NCBI GenBank assembly: GCA_965261915.1
Contig: CBDHDW010000013.1
Coordinates: forward strand, 1,209,813-1,273,812
DNA length: 64,000 bases
Direction of reading: 5' to 3'
DNA from: Candidatus Poriferihabitaceae bacterium
Lineage (GTDB): Bacteria; Pseudomonadota; Gammaproteobacteria; Arenicellales; Poriferihabitantaceae
The position numbers were made by a program, and so were the translations under genes. Of this stretch, positions 39,649-49,261 are shown piece after piece (within the stretch, counting starts at the first letter, position 1; each line of letters starts with the position of its first letter). The notes beneath the pieces were generated by a model that was not told the DNA's origin, searched no databases, and was given only the letters and a program-made list of their open reading frames with translations.

Positions 39649-40808
39649 ATACCAACGGCCCAAGGATTTGACGCTTTGTGCTTTCCACGGGGAATTTGAA
39701 GTGATTCAGTAGTTATCATCATAGGAGGTATTGATGACAGTAGAGATTATGCGAACGGACAAGTCGGCCTGCGATCTTCGGTGCGCCGCTGCGGCGTGCA
39801 GGGACGCGAAAGCGGCCCGACGGATGCTGGCGATTGCGTTGATTTTGGACGGCACTGACCGCAAGACAGCGGCCGAGAACTGCGGGATGGATCGCCAGAC
39901 GTTGCGTGACTGGGTACACCGTTACAATGACACGGGGATTGAGGGTCTCTCGAACCGGCGTTCGCCAGGACGGCAACCCCTGCTCAGCGTGGCACAGAAG
40001 GCGGAGTTGGCATCGCTTGTGCGTGAGGGGCCGGATCCCGAAACGGACGGCGTGGTGCGCTGGCGGCGCATTGACCTCAAGCGCAAGATTGAGGAGTGCT
40101 TTGGCGTTGTCATGCATGAGCGGACCGTTAGCAAACAACGGGTAAAACTTGGTTTTCGACGCTTGTCTGTGCGCCCGCAGCATCCGAAATCCGACCCGGA
40201 TGCGCAGGATGTGTTTAAAAAAACTTCGCTGCAGAGGTAGCGGCCGTTCTGCCCAAAACGGCCTGCGGCAAACCATTGGAGATTTGGTTTCAGGACGAAG
40301 CCCGTGTGGGTCAGCAAGGGACGCTGACACGTATATGGGCCGAACGGGGAACCCGGCCGCGTGCGCCGCGTGATACACGTTATACGTCGGGCTATATCTT
40401 CGGCGCGGTTTGTCCCGAACGCGCCGAGGCTGCTGCGCTAATCATGCCGCATGCGGACACGTCCGCTATGAATGCACATCTGTGCGAAATCGCCAGGACG
40501 GTCGCGGCAGGTGCCCATGCCTTGCTCATCCTCGACGGTGCAGGCTGGCATGGATCAGCAAAACGGGAAGTGCCAGACAACATCACCCTGCTCAAACTCC
40601 CGCCCTATGCGCCAGAACTCAACCCGATGGAAAACGTTTGGGCCTACCTGCGCGCCAACAAGCTGGCAATCTCTGTGTTTGAATCCTACGATGAGATCGT
40701 CGACAAATGCTGCGATGCCTGGAATTTCTTCGCAGAGGACAAACAGGCAATCACATCAATTACATCACGTAATTGGGTCAAAACAGTCAATCAATAGAGC
40801 CGTTGGTA
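39649..40808 (+). mobile_element. IS630-family insertion sequence
   Basis: Inverted ends TACCAACGGC / GCCGTTGGTA with TA at 39647-48 and 40809-10 (ends +/-1 nt); two ORFs linked by a -1 frameshift. Confidence 0.85.
39731..40797 (+). CDS. IS630 transposase, expressed by a -1 frameshift at TTTAAAAAAAC (40214-40224)
   Basis: ORF A has an HTH (GMDRQTLRDWVHRYN); ORF B has DDE motifs (FQDEAR, LDGAGWH, LPPYAPELNPME); the -1 frame is open from the A7 run. Confidence 0.88.
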
Positions 40809-40855
40809 TAAGCTATCGCTCGGGTATCATTATGAGTGATTATATACACGGTTTA

Positions 40856-40974
40856 GAGACTGTGAAAAACCCAATATTCGTCGTTCCTGCGGAAGCAGGA
40901 ACCCAGTAAAACAGCCAAACCCGCAAGGGTTTTCCACCTGTAATGCGATTTAGTGGGATTTCTTGCACAATCTC
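40856..40974. mobile_element. MITE copy C (119 bp, no 20-bp units)
   Basis: GAGACTGTGAAA...TTGCACAATCTC; reverse-complement homologue of copy A; flanks TTTA/ATTA (imperfect TSD). Confidence 0.8.
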
Positions 40975-41001
40975 ATTAGTTCGCTCTTCGGTTAACACAT
41001 T

Positions 41002-42030
41002 CTATGCGCCTTCAAATCCGGTTAATACATTGACGGTATTTATTCCAATTTCTTTCACTGCATAACCTCCTTCCATAACAAACAGGGTTGGCAGGTTTAA
41101 TTTTGAAATCGTTTTTCCGTAGTCCTGAAAATCCTCAGATTTCAATTTGAAAAAGGAAATGGGGTCATGCTCGAAAGTATCGACACCGAGCGATATGACC
41201 ACAGCATCGGGGGCGTACGACGAAATACGCTTACCGGCATCAGCCAATGCTTCACCCCAGGTGGAATAGGGTGTCCCCGGAGACATTGGATAGTTATGGT
41301 TAAAGCCTTCACCTGCGCCGGCACCCGTCTCGTCGGCATATCCGAGAAAATGCGGGAAGGCATCTTTCGGATCACCGTGCAGTGAGCAAAACATGACGTC
41401 GGCACGATCGTAAAAGATCGCCTGGGTGCCGTTACCGTGATGAAAATCCACATCAAGTATCGCGACCCGGTTTGCCCCCTGATCCAAAAATGCCTGGGCA
41501 CACACTGCGGCATTATTGATGAAGCAATAGCCGCCGTATAAATCACCTGCAGCATGGTGACCGGGCGGTCTGCATAAGGCGAATGCCGATTGCTCGCCAT
41601 CTTGCATTAAGCTTTGCGCGGTGAGTGCAACATTTGAGCTGGCCAATGCGGCTTCCCAGGTGCCCCCACTAATCGAGGTTTCCAGCGCCATGGCGTAGTA
41701 CCCAAGCTCGCCTTCAACATGATTGGGTATACGTTGCCGCATGCCTCGGGTTGGGATCACGGACGGAATGGCTTCACCGTTAAATCCTGCTGCTTGCCAG
41801 TCTTCCCAGCAGCGTTTCAGAAAATCAATAAACGCCGGATCATGAATTCGCAGGACATGATCGATGTCGAAAGCGGCGGGCTCAATAATTTCCCCAAGTT
41901 GCACTTCCCCGAGCCGGCTCAGAACGTATTCCATACGCTCCGGACATTCGAATGGCCGAACCAGCTCACCACCGTACAATTCCGTCTTCGCATTTCGTAA
42001 AGTATGGTCTGGGCTATATACGGTCCGCAT
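41002..42030 (-). CDS. Histone deacetylase-family acetylpolyamine amidohydrolase
   Basis: CRPPGHHA, GGYCFINN, LDVDFHHGNGTQ, SLGVD, MEGGY. Confidence 0.92.
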   Translation of the reverse strand: MRTVYSPDHTLRNAKTELYGGELVRPFECPERMEYVLSRLGEVQLGEIIEPAAFDIDHVLRIHDPAFIDFLKRCWEDWQAAGFNGEAIPSVIPTRGMRQRIPNHVEGELGYYAMALETSISGGTWEAALASSNVALTAQSLMQDGEQSAFALCRPPGHHAAGDLYGGYCFINNAAVCAQAFLDQGANRVAILDVDFHHGNGTQAIFYDRADVMFCSLHGDPKDAFPHFLGYADETGAGAGEGFNHNYPMSPGTPYSTWGEALADAGKRISSYAPDAVVISLGVDTFEHDPISFFKLKSEDFQDYGKTISKLNLPTLFVMEGGYAVKEIGINTVNVLTGFEGA

Positions 42031-42070
42031 AACAGGTTGTCTCTTTGGCAGGGTTCATTAGGGTATTGGA

Positions 42071-43504
42071 TTATGGAATCGCAGGGTCGAGCGGCCACTG
42101 GAAAAATTCCGGCACGGCCGCTTCATACGCTTTCGCAGCTTCAAACACGCGTTTGTCGTCAAATGTACGGGCAACAAATTGAACGCCGGTGGGCACATTG
42201 TTGGCGGTTCTTCCCGCCGGCAGGGATAATACCGGGCAGCGGCTAAGCATGTTAAAGGGATAGGTTTGGGACCAAAGTTCTTCAATACAGCCTTTGGTAT
42301 TGCCGTTAATGGTGACTTCAGCTTCTGGCCAGGTATAGGCTGCGGGGATCTGGTTGGTTCCCAGCGTAGGGCAGACGAAAAGGTCGTAGCGATCCATCAT
42401 TGGGCCAAAATGGTTGTACATGTTGACTGCAACCTGAAGTGAATGGTTAAAGTCTTGGGCACTGCAGGTTGCCGAGTTTTCGATAAACCAGATTGCGTAA
42501 TCGGTTAGTTGGTCGCGATGGTCGCGAATCAGTTCTGAAAAATTACTCACCCAGGTATGCGCCCAGTAATCGTGAACCGCTTTGACCAGTTCATTCGTCC
42601 AGCCGATTTCAACTTCCTCCACTGCCGCGCCTAATCCTTTCAATACAGCCAGCGCATGGTGCGTATTGGTGACAACAGATTCGTCAATTTCCATGAACCC
42701 AAGATTCATGGAATAAGCAACTTTCCAGCCTTTTAGATCACCTGGAACTGTTTCGGTGTCCAGTGTTATCCGAGAACGGAGCGACGCAATATCCTGATTA
42801 TGCGGTCCCGAAATGACATTTTGCATTAGTGCCGTGTCTGCAACCGTTCGTGTCATTGGTCCTGAATGGCTGTAGAAGTCCAGATTGTAGACCGGAATTT
42901 CGGGATTGCGTCCGTAGGGAGCCTTGTATCCGACGATGCCGCACTGCGCTGCGGGAATTCGAATTGACCCGCCAATATCTGTACCAGTGGCCAGGGTTGT
43001 CATGCCCGCTGCCAGTACCGCACCAGATCCGCCGGATGATCCGCCCGGGGTTATCTCAAGATTAAACGGGTTGCGTGTGATTCCCCAAAGCCGCGAATGA
43101 CAGGAGCCGAGGATACAGAATTCCGGGGTGGTCGTTTTTAGGTGACAGATTGCACCGGCACGCAGCAGGCGATCGACAATAATGTCATTTTCATCGTCTA
43201 CGCGGTTTTCGTAAATCAAAGATGACGAAGTTCGTCTGCTGCCTTTTACCTTGAATTCATCTTTTATCGCGACGCACAAGCCATCGAGTTTTCTCGGCCG
43301 GCCCTTAAGATAACGAAGCTCAGATCGCTGCGCTTTTTTGCGCGCTTCTTCAAAATAGCTGTCAGTAATGGCGTTTATATGGGGGTTTACCCTGTCGCAT
43401 TGTGAGATGAGTGCGTCAAGTAACTCCACAGGCGACAACGCTTTGCTGCGAAACAAGGCTAATGCCTGCTGTCCGCTCAGATAGCACAACTGCTCTTGTG
43501 GCAT
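42071..43504 (-). CDS. Amidase-signature family amidase
   Basis: AIKD, TPGGSSGGSG, GTDIGGSIRIPA; ATG at 43504 preferred. Confidence 0.93.
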   Translation of the reverse strand: MPQEQLCYLSGQQALALFRSKALSPVELLDALISQCDRVNPHINAITDSYFEEARKKAQRSELRYLKGRPRKLDGLCVAIKDEFKVKGSRRTSSSLIYENRVDDENDIIVDRLLRAGAICHLKTTTPEFCILGSCHSRLWGITRNPFNLEITPGGSSGGSGAVLAAGMTTLATGTDIGGSIRIPAAQCGIVGYKAPYGRNPEIPVYNLDFYSHSGPMTRTVADTALMQNVISGPHNQDIASLRSRITLDTETVPGDLKGWKVAYSMNLGFMEIDESVVTNTHHALAVLKGLGAAVEEVEIGWTNELVKAVHDYWAHTWVSNFSELIRDHRDQLTDYAIWFIENSATCSAQDFNHSLQVAVNMYNHFGPMMDRYDLFVCPTLGTNQIPAAYTWPEAEVTINGNTKGCIEELWSQTYPFNMLSRCPVLSLPAGRTANNVPTGVQFVARTFDDKRVFEAAKAYEAAVPEFFQWPLDPAIP

Positions 43505-43683
43505 TTTTGATCCCGATAATATTATGTGGAGATAGTAGTGATCAATTTTCAAATAATCAAATTAATTACTTTAGCAGATGTGCTCCGCAACGTTAATATT
43601 TATTGCGAACAGTAGTATGCTTGTAGATCGCAATAGCACAAATTGTTCTGATCACAATTTGAGACAATCCAGGAAAAGAAAAG

Positions 43684-45129
43684 ATGATACGAACCGGTGA
43701 ACAATACAGGGCTTCATTACTCGATGGCAGAGAAGTTTATATGGATGGAAAGCGCGTGGAAAACATTACCGAACACCCTCAATTTAAACCATTGGTTGAT
43801 ATACGTGCGCGCATTTACGATTTGCAGCATGAAAAAGATACCCAGAAGGTGATGACGTTTGAGCAGGATGGGGAACGCTTTGCTGTAGGCAATCAGATCC
43901 CCCGGCAACAGGCAGATTGGCACGCCAAACGAAAAGCCGTCGATACGGTGATGCGGGATATTGGGGGCGTGGTGACGCGGGTAGGCGATGAAACTGTGGG
44001 TGAAATGTGGTCGCTGGCTGACGGTGCCGACATCCTCAATGAAATTGATCCCCGGTTTTCAGCCAATATTAAAAACCATATTCAGCTTGCAGTTGAAAAC
44101 GATCTTTTTCACGTCTCCGCGAATACCGATCCTAAAGGCGACCGATCGCTAAAGCCTCAGGAACAGGATCCAGACATGCTGACCCACGTCGTCAAAGAGA
44201 CCGACGAGGGCATTATTATTCGCGGTGCGAAATACGAGACCGCCGCTGCTTATTCGAATCAGGCATTCCTGAAGCCCACCATTGCCAACTGGGGTGATGC
44301 GTCAATATCGGATTATGCATTGGGATGTATCGTGCGGATGAATGCCCCGGGGGTGAAACATATTTGCCGCGGTGGGTTTCAGGGTAAAGCACATATTGAT
44401 GACTATCCGCTGTCCAACCGGTTTGACGAAGTGGATACCATCATGATTCTGGATGATGTCTTAATCCCATGGGAGGATGTGCTGTTCTATCAGCATACCC
44501 GAGCGGCGAGTTTCATACGAACCACGTTACATCGATATTCGGCAATGCCATTTGTTCAGAGGTTAATAACCTATGCCGATATGATGATTGGCGCGGCGCT
44601 CTGGAATGTCAAACAAACCGGGCTTGAGCACCAACCCGCTGTGCAGGAAAAACTTGCCCAACTTGCGGTATATCGAGAGGGAATCAACGCTCATTTAACC
44701 GCAGCTGTTGCCACGGCAGAAAACAGCCCGGGTGGATTTCTCATGCCAAATCAATCCCTGCTGATGAGCGGTCGTGTTCATGCCTGTTCCAACCTTCCGG
44801 CAATGATGCACGTTGCCCGTGAATTGTGTGGCGGACAAATCTGTGTGACACCGGATGTGGCTTCGTTTAAAGGCGATGAAACCGGCAAGTGGCTGGATAA
44901 ATATTATTCCATCAACGAAAGGTGGATGGCGGATGACAGGCGCAAGCTATTGTCGTTTGCCCGGGATTTGTTGAATTCGGGGTACGCAGGGCACCGACTG
45001 ACTTTTCACCTGTTTGCCCAATCTCCACCGTTTGCGCATCTGGCGGCGGTGTATCGTAATTTTGGCTGGGACGGTCCTTTGGAGTTCGTTAAAAATGCAG
45101 CAGGATTGTCTGATCACGTTTCTGAGTGA
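43684..45129 (+). CDS. 4-hydroxyphenylacetate 3-hydroxylase-family flavin monooxygenase (oxygenase component)
   Basis: RTGEQYRASLLDGREVY, TDPKGDRS, GIIIRGAK, RFDEVD, DDVLIPWE. Confidence 0.88.
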   Translation: MIRTGEQYRASLLDGREVYMDGKRVENITEHPQFKPLVDIRARIYDLQHEKDTQKVMTFEQDGERFAVGNQIPRQQADWHAKRKAVDTVMRDIGGVVTRVGDETVGEMWSLADGADILNEIDPRFSANIKNHIQLAVENDLFHVSANTDPKGDRSLKPQEQDPDMLTHVVKETDEGIIIRGAKYETAAAYSNQAFLKPTIANWGDASISDYALGCIVRMNAPGVKHICRGGFQGKAHIDDYPLSNRFDEVDTIMILDDVLIPWEDVLFYQHTRAASFIRTTLHRYSAMPFVQRLITYADMMIGAALWNVKQTGLEHQPAVQEKLAQLAVYREGINAHLTAAVATAENSPGGFLMPNQSLLMSGRVHACSNLPAMMHVARELCGGQICVTPDVASFKGDETGKWLDKYYSINERWMADDRRKLLSFARDLLNSGYAGHRLTFHLFAQSPPFAHLAAVYRNFGWDGPLEFVKNAAGLSDHVSE

Positions 45130-45634
45130 AATTTCGCCGGAAACTGACTGAAAATGGATTCTGAATCGCGCTCGTCTCGAGCCACGATAATGAGTATGGT
45201 TTGTGTTTTGGTTGCCGCTATTTTTGAGTCTTCGATTGCTTCGAGTGTCGCTGCGGAGCGTCTTGATCAGCCAACCCACTCGCCCGAGGATGCGTCTTTA
45301 TTTGATACGTTGTTTCTCGATTCCTTGTCCATTTGAGGAACTGGTAGAGGAATTAAATATCACCTTGCCAGCTTGCAAACTCGATACAACCAACGCTCTC
45401 TCGATCTGCTAACAAATTGCCGGACAAAGTTATTGACATAAGTATACTTCCTGCAATCAGAGATAGGTCGATATCATACGGAGCACCAAATGAAACGCTT
45501 ACAAATCCTTGCAACGCTGGTTAGTTATATGCTACCCCCCCTCTCCTTCACAAGCCGCGCTTGGCTTATGGGGGCAGGGCTATGATTGCGACTGCATTAA
45601 CGCCACTCAAAACCTTACTCAAGGCGGTGGCACG

Positions 45635-45688
45635 AACAACACGAAACCAAACAACGCGAAACCAAACAACGCGAAACCAAACAGCACG
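45635..45688. repeat. 15-bp tandem repeat x3.5
   Basis: AACAACRCGAAACCA x3 plus a partial copy. Confidence 0.85.
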
Positions 45689-45786
45689 GCTGGGGATGTG
45701 CAAAAAACTCGCGCTAGGTTACGCTGCTGGAAAACCCAACCCCCTAAATCCCCCTCGTATCACGGACGAAAAATGATTGTGTGTCC

Positions 45787-45819
45787 ATGATTATTTGATG
45801 ATTATTTGATGATTATTTG
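45787..45819. repeat. 11-bp tandem repeat x3
   Basis: ATGATTATTTG x3, directly abutting the stop of the coiled-coil gene. Confidence 0.9.
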
Positions 45820-46461
45820 TTAGCGGAGGAAAAAACTGAACAGTGCAACCATCACCCCTACGCTACCCATTGTTAAGCCAACCATCCACTTGATTAGGTG
45901 TGCTGCGGTGTTGGCAATTTCTACTTTAAGTGCGGCCTCGGTTTTGGCAATTTCTGCTTTAGTTTTGGCAATTTCTGCGTTAGTTTTGGCAATTTCTGCT
46001 TTAGTTTTGGCAATTTCTGCGTTAGTTTTGGCAATTTCTGCTCTAAGTACAGACTCGGTGTTGGCAATTTCTGCTCTAAGTACAGACTCGGTGTTGGCAA
46101 TGTCTACTTTAAGTGCGGCCTCGGTGTTGGCAATGTCTACTTTGGTGTTGGCAATTTCTACTTTAAGCGTGGCCTCGATTTTGGCAATTTCTGTTCTAAG
46201 CGCGGACTCGGTATTGGCAATTTCTGCTTTAAGCGCGGACTCGGTATTGACAATTTCTGCTCTAAGTACGGACTCGGTGTTGGCAATATCCGCTTTAAGT
46301 GCGGCCTCGGTGCTGGCTAATTCGGTTTTGGTGGCGAGGTTGGCGTTGAGTAGGTCAGCTTGAGATTCGGCAAGTGCTTCGGCTTGTTGTACAGGCATAC
46401 CGACTGCCGTCATACGTTTGACGAAATGGTGTGTATCAAAGGCGAGCGCATCAGAAGCCAT
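45820..46461 (-). CDS. DUF1640/CCDC90-like membrane-anchored coiled-coil repeat protein
   Basis: Head FDTHHFVKRM..GM..QQAEA, neck LATK, stalk of nine 11-aa and five 7-aa repeats, LIKWMVG plus a C-terminal TM helix. Confidence 0.85.
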   Translation of the reverse strand: MASDALAFDTHHFVKRMTAVGMPVQQAEALAESQADLLNANLATKTELASTEAALKADIANTESVLRAEIVNTESALKAEIANTESALRTEIAKIEATLKVEIANTKVDIANTEAALKVDIANTESVLRAEIANTESVLRAEIAKTNAEIAKTKAEIAKTNAEIAKTKAEIAKTEAALKVEIANTAAHLIKWMVGLTMGSVGVMVALFSFFLR

Positions 46462-46509
46462 ACTTGAACTTTAATACAGACGCACTTTTTTGTCCACTCT
46501 CTGGCAATT

Positions 46510-48159
46510 CCCAAATCCCCAGATAGAGTAGCATCAGCGCTTCAAGGCTCGGTGAATCCCTCTTTCAAGCCTTGTGGCTGGCCATTACAGCAAATTATGG
46601 TAGCTAGTGCCGAGAGGTTTACTCAAAAACCGCTGTTCGGTGCATTATCAGTGCTAAATCGGCTATTTTTGACGCACCTGTCCTGCAGAAGCCGTTATTC
46701 TTGTTCTATGTCGGGTTAAATGGGCGGCGCTTCAAACTCCTTCAGTGCCAGCAGCACTCGTTCCAGTAGTAGTCGGTGGTTTTCCCGCATTTTTACCAAG
46801 AGTTGACGTCCCGTCCTGACCACTTTTGCCGCGATGGCGTACAGCCGCCAGCGCAGTGTTATCGCACGATGCTGGGACAACTCCCCCGGCAGCAACTGAC
46901 GCATGAGGGCACATAGATTGCAGGAGAGTGCGGAGATTAAAAAGTACAGCACATTGGCAGCAAAATCTGAACACGGCAGGGTGTCGCCACCAAAATCTCG
47001 TTTCAGTTCCTTGATTCGGTTCTCGCTGTCCTCGCCACGCTGGTTGTACCAGTGGACAATCTCGCTATCGCTAAGGCTATCCCGATTAGTGGCAATCGCA
47101 CGATAAATATAAGCACCTGAGTTTATTTCCTCTGAACTGTTTTCTGAGTTATCTGATGAATCTAAATCCAGACTCGCCTGGCCGGTAACGGCTGTTCTCT
47201 GAATGATAAGGGTGAAGGGTTTTTCATACTCACCGATGCAGAAACTGGTGCGGTAGGTATCCTGACCATTGACCGCTTTGTCTTTTTTATCCAGCAAAGG
47301 CTGCCAGTCCGAAGCGCTTGCCGCTGCTATCTGCGCGCGCAGTGCGGCGCTGGTCTTGGCGCGAATGGCATACTCGATACCCTGCTTATCACAATACTCA
47401 ATGACTTTTGTTTGGTAGCCGGCAGCATCAATACGCAACGCCTTCACGGTACAGTCTTCCGGGAGCGACTGCTGGCATTGCTGGATAAACGGCTTATTAT
47501 CTTTCGCTGGCGGCACATTGCCGTGACGGAAATCCACGGCCACGATCTGCCCGGTTTCCGCAATATGCCCGACCATCGGCATAAAGCCCTTGTTCTTGTT
47601 GTAAGTCCACCGTGCACCCGCTTTATGGGCAATAATCTCGGTGGCATCAATGTCCAGTGTGACTTCCTTACAGCGATGCAAGGCTACCTTCAATAAGGCT
47701 TTATTCACCTTTACCCAGGCAGCCTGGATTTGCGGCTGGCTTCCCATTCGCCTGAGCCAATCTCCAATCGTGGTCGCCTGGGGAAGTTTCTTGAGATCCA
47801 GCACGGTGCGCAGTGCTTCATCATCCTGAAGGTGGCGAACCTCATCCAGGTGAAAACTGCCTTCATGCTGCATCAGGATGAGGGTCTTGATGAACTCCGA
47901 GGGCTTATACCCACGATTGCTTTTAGGCTGGGGGAAGTGCTTGTCGATTCGCTCAGACAGGTTCAGGGAGTCCATTAGTTGAGCAATCGCCAATAAACCG
48001 GCACGAGAGGTGAGTAAATCGTTCGTTGTATCGAGTTTGTAGGGTAGAATAGTCATCAGCCTTGAGCTGTGCACCCATTGGGTGATGGTGGGTTTGAGAG
48101 CAAACCATTATACAGCCAAGGCTTCCTGCGTTTAAGAGATTTCTATCTGGGGATTGGGG
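46510..48159 (-). mobile_element. IS1380-family element copy 3 (1650 bp), no target duplication
   Basis: Same IRs; the flanks CAATT and CCGTT differ. Confidence 0.92.
46716..48074 (-). CDS. IS1380-family transposase
   Basis: Near-identical to 8600..9958. Confidence 0.93.
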   Translation of the reverse strand: MHSSRLMTILPYKLDTTNDLLTSRAGLLAIAQLMDSLNLSERIDKHFPQPKSNRGYKPSEFIKTLILMQHEGSFHLDEVRHLQDDEALRTVLDLKKLPQATTIGDWLRRMGSQPQIQAAWVKVNKALLKVALHRCKEVTLDIDATEIIAHKAGARWTYNKNKGFMPMVGHIAETGQIVAVDFRHGNVPPAKDNKPFIQQCQQSLPEDCTVKALRIDAAGYQTKVIEYCDKQGIEYAIRAKTSAALRAQIAAASASDWQPLLDKKDKAVNGQDTYRTSFCIGEYEKPFTLIIQRTAVTGQASLDLDSSDNSENSSEEINSGAYIYRAIATNRDSLSDSEIVHWYNQRGEDSENRIKELKRDFGGDTLPCSDFAANVLYFLISALSCNLCALMRQLLPGELSQHRAITLRWRLYAIAAKVVRTGRQLLVKMRENHRLLLERVLLALKEFEAPPI

Positions 48160-48332
48160 CCGTTACAGAACAGCGATTTCAGAACCAGCAATCAGTCGAT
48201 TTATCGATTTATCAGTTTGTTGTGAATCAATCGTCGAATATCCGAAATCCGTCTGCAAAAGCCACTGAATTGGCAGCGCATTTGTAGTACCATTCCGACT
48301 CCATAAATCACCTTAATTTGTTGAGTTTGAAT

Positions 48333-49217
48333 ATGCTCAAAGGCAGTATTGTTGCAATCGTCACACCCATGACTTTGGATGGCGACATTGATTATCCCGC
48401 GCTTGAAAAACTGCTCAACTTCCATGTTGAGAATGGCACGGACGGAATTGTTTCAGTGGGTACAACGGGTGAATCTGCGACCCTGACCATCGATGAACAG
48501 ATCGATATCATTGACAAAACCAGAGGCTTTGTCGGTGGACGGATACCTGTTATTGCCGGCACCGGCGGTAATTCAACGAGTGAAGCGATCGAGCTGACTT
48601 CTCGTGCTGCGGATTTGGGCGTGGATGCGTGTTTACTGGTTGTTCCTTATTACAATAAGCCTACGCAAAACGGATTATATGAACACTTTAAACTGATCGC
48701 TGAAACTGTCGATATTCCGCAAATTTTGTATAACGTCCCGGGTAGAACGTCACTGGATATGCTAAATGACACCGTCGCCCGCCTCGGCGGAATCAAAAAC
48801 ATTATCGGTATTAAGGATGCGACTTCAGATATTCCGCGGGTGGCGGATTTCAAAAATCGTTGCGGCTCGGACTTTGCAGTTTACTCAGGCAATGATGATA
48901 CTGCGTTAGATCTAATGAAAGCGGGCGGTGACGGCTGTATTTCTGTTACCGCAAATGTCGCGCCTAAATTAATGCACGAAATGTGTGCTACTGCTATTGC
49001 CGGAGATAGGGATACTGCGTCTGGGATTAACGCCAGACTGGATCCATTGCACGAATCCCTGTTTTACGAATCCAATCCAATTCCGGTGAAATGGTGTCTC
49101 AGTGAAATGGGATATATCACCGAGGGTATTCGATTGCCGCTAACCATCTTGTCGATTGAACATCATGCGGTTTTGAGACAAGCGATGAAATCCGCTGGCG
49201 TTGTTTGGTGTCTTTGA
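48333..49217 (+). CDS. dapA: 4-hydroxy-tetrahydrodipicolinate synthase
   Basis: GTTGES, PYYNKP, LYNVPGRT, IGIKDA, ESNPIPVK. Confidence 0.96.
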   Translation: MLKGSIVAIVTPMTLDGDIDYPALEKLLNFHVENGTDGIVSVGTTGESATLTIDEQIDIIDKTRGFVGGRIPVIAGTGGNSTSEAIELTSRAADLGVDACLLVVPYYNKPTQNGLYEHFKLIAETVDIPQILYNVPGRTSLDMLNDTVARLGGIKNIIGIKDATSDIPRVADFKNRCGSDFAVYSGNDDTALDLMKAGGDGCISVTANVAPKLMHEMCATAIAGDRDTASGINARLDPLHESLFYESNPIPVKWCLSEMGYITEGIRLPLTILSIEHHAVLRQAMKSAGVVWCL

Positions 49218-49261
49218 TCCGTCGATCCAGTTTGGAAACGGATTCAATATTCTGATCTCGC

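Noticed and set aside
40214-40224. IS630 split as a pseudogene or sequencing error
   Set aside because: A -1 shift at an A-run between the HTH and DDE ORFs is the normal organisation of many IS630 elements.
33024-40974. MITE-bounded composite transposon
   Set aside because: The outer flanks do not form a TSD and copy B is diverged and truncated. Kept only as a weaker observation.
45890-46363. Plus-strand repeat ORFs (VLAISAL... and GNFC...)
   Set aside because: These are antisense shadows of the minus-strand coiled-coil gene, which has recognisable head, neck and anchor motifs.
48160-48290. Truncated gene 3' end next to IS1380 copy 3 (ORF 48069..48287)
   Set aside because: The ORF starts inside the IS end and the remainder has no recognisable motif.
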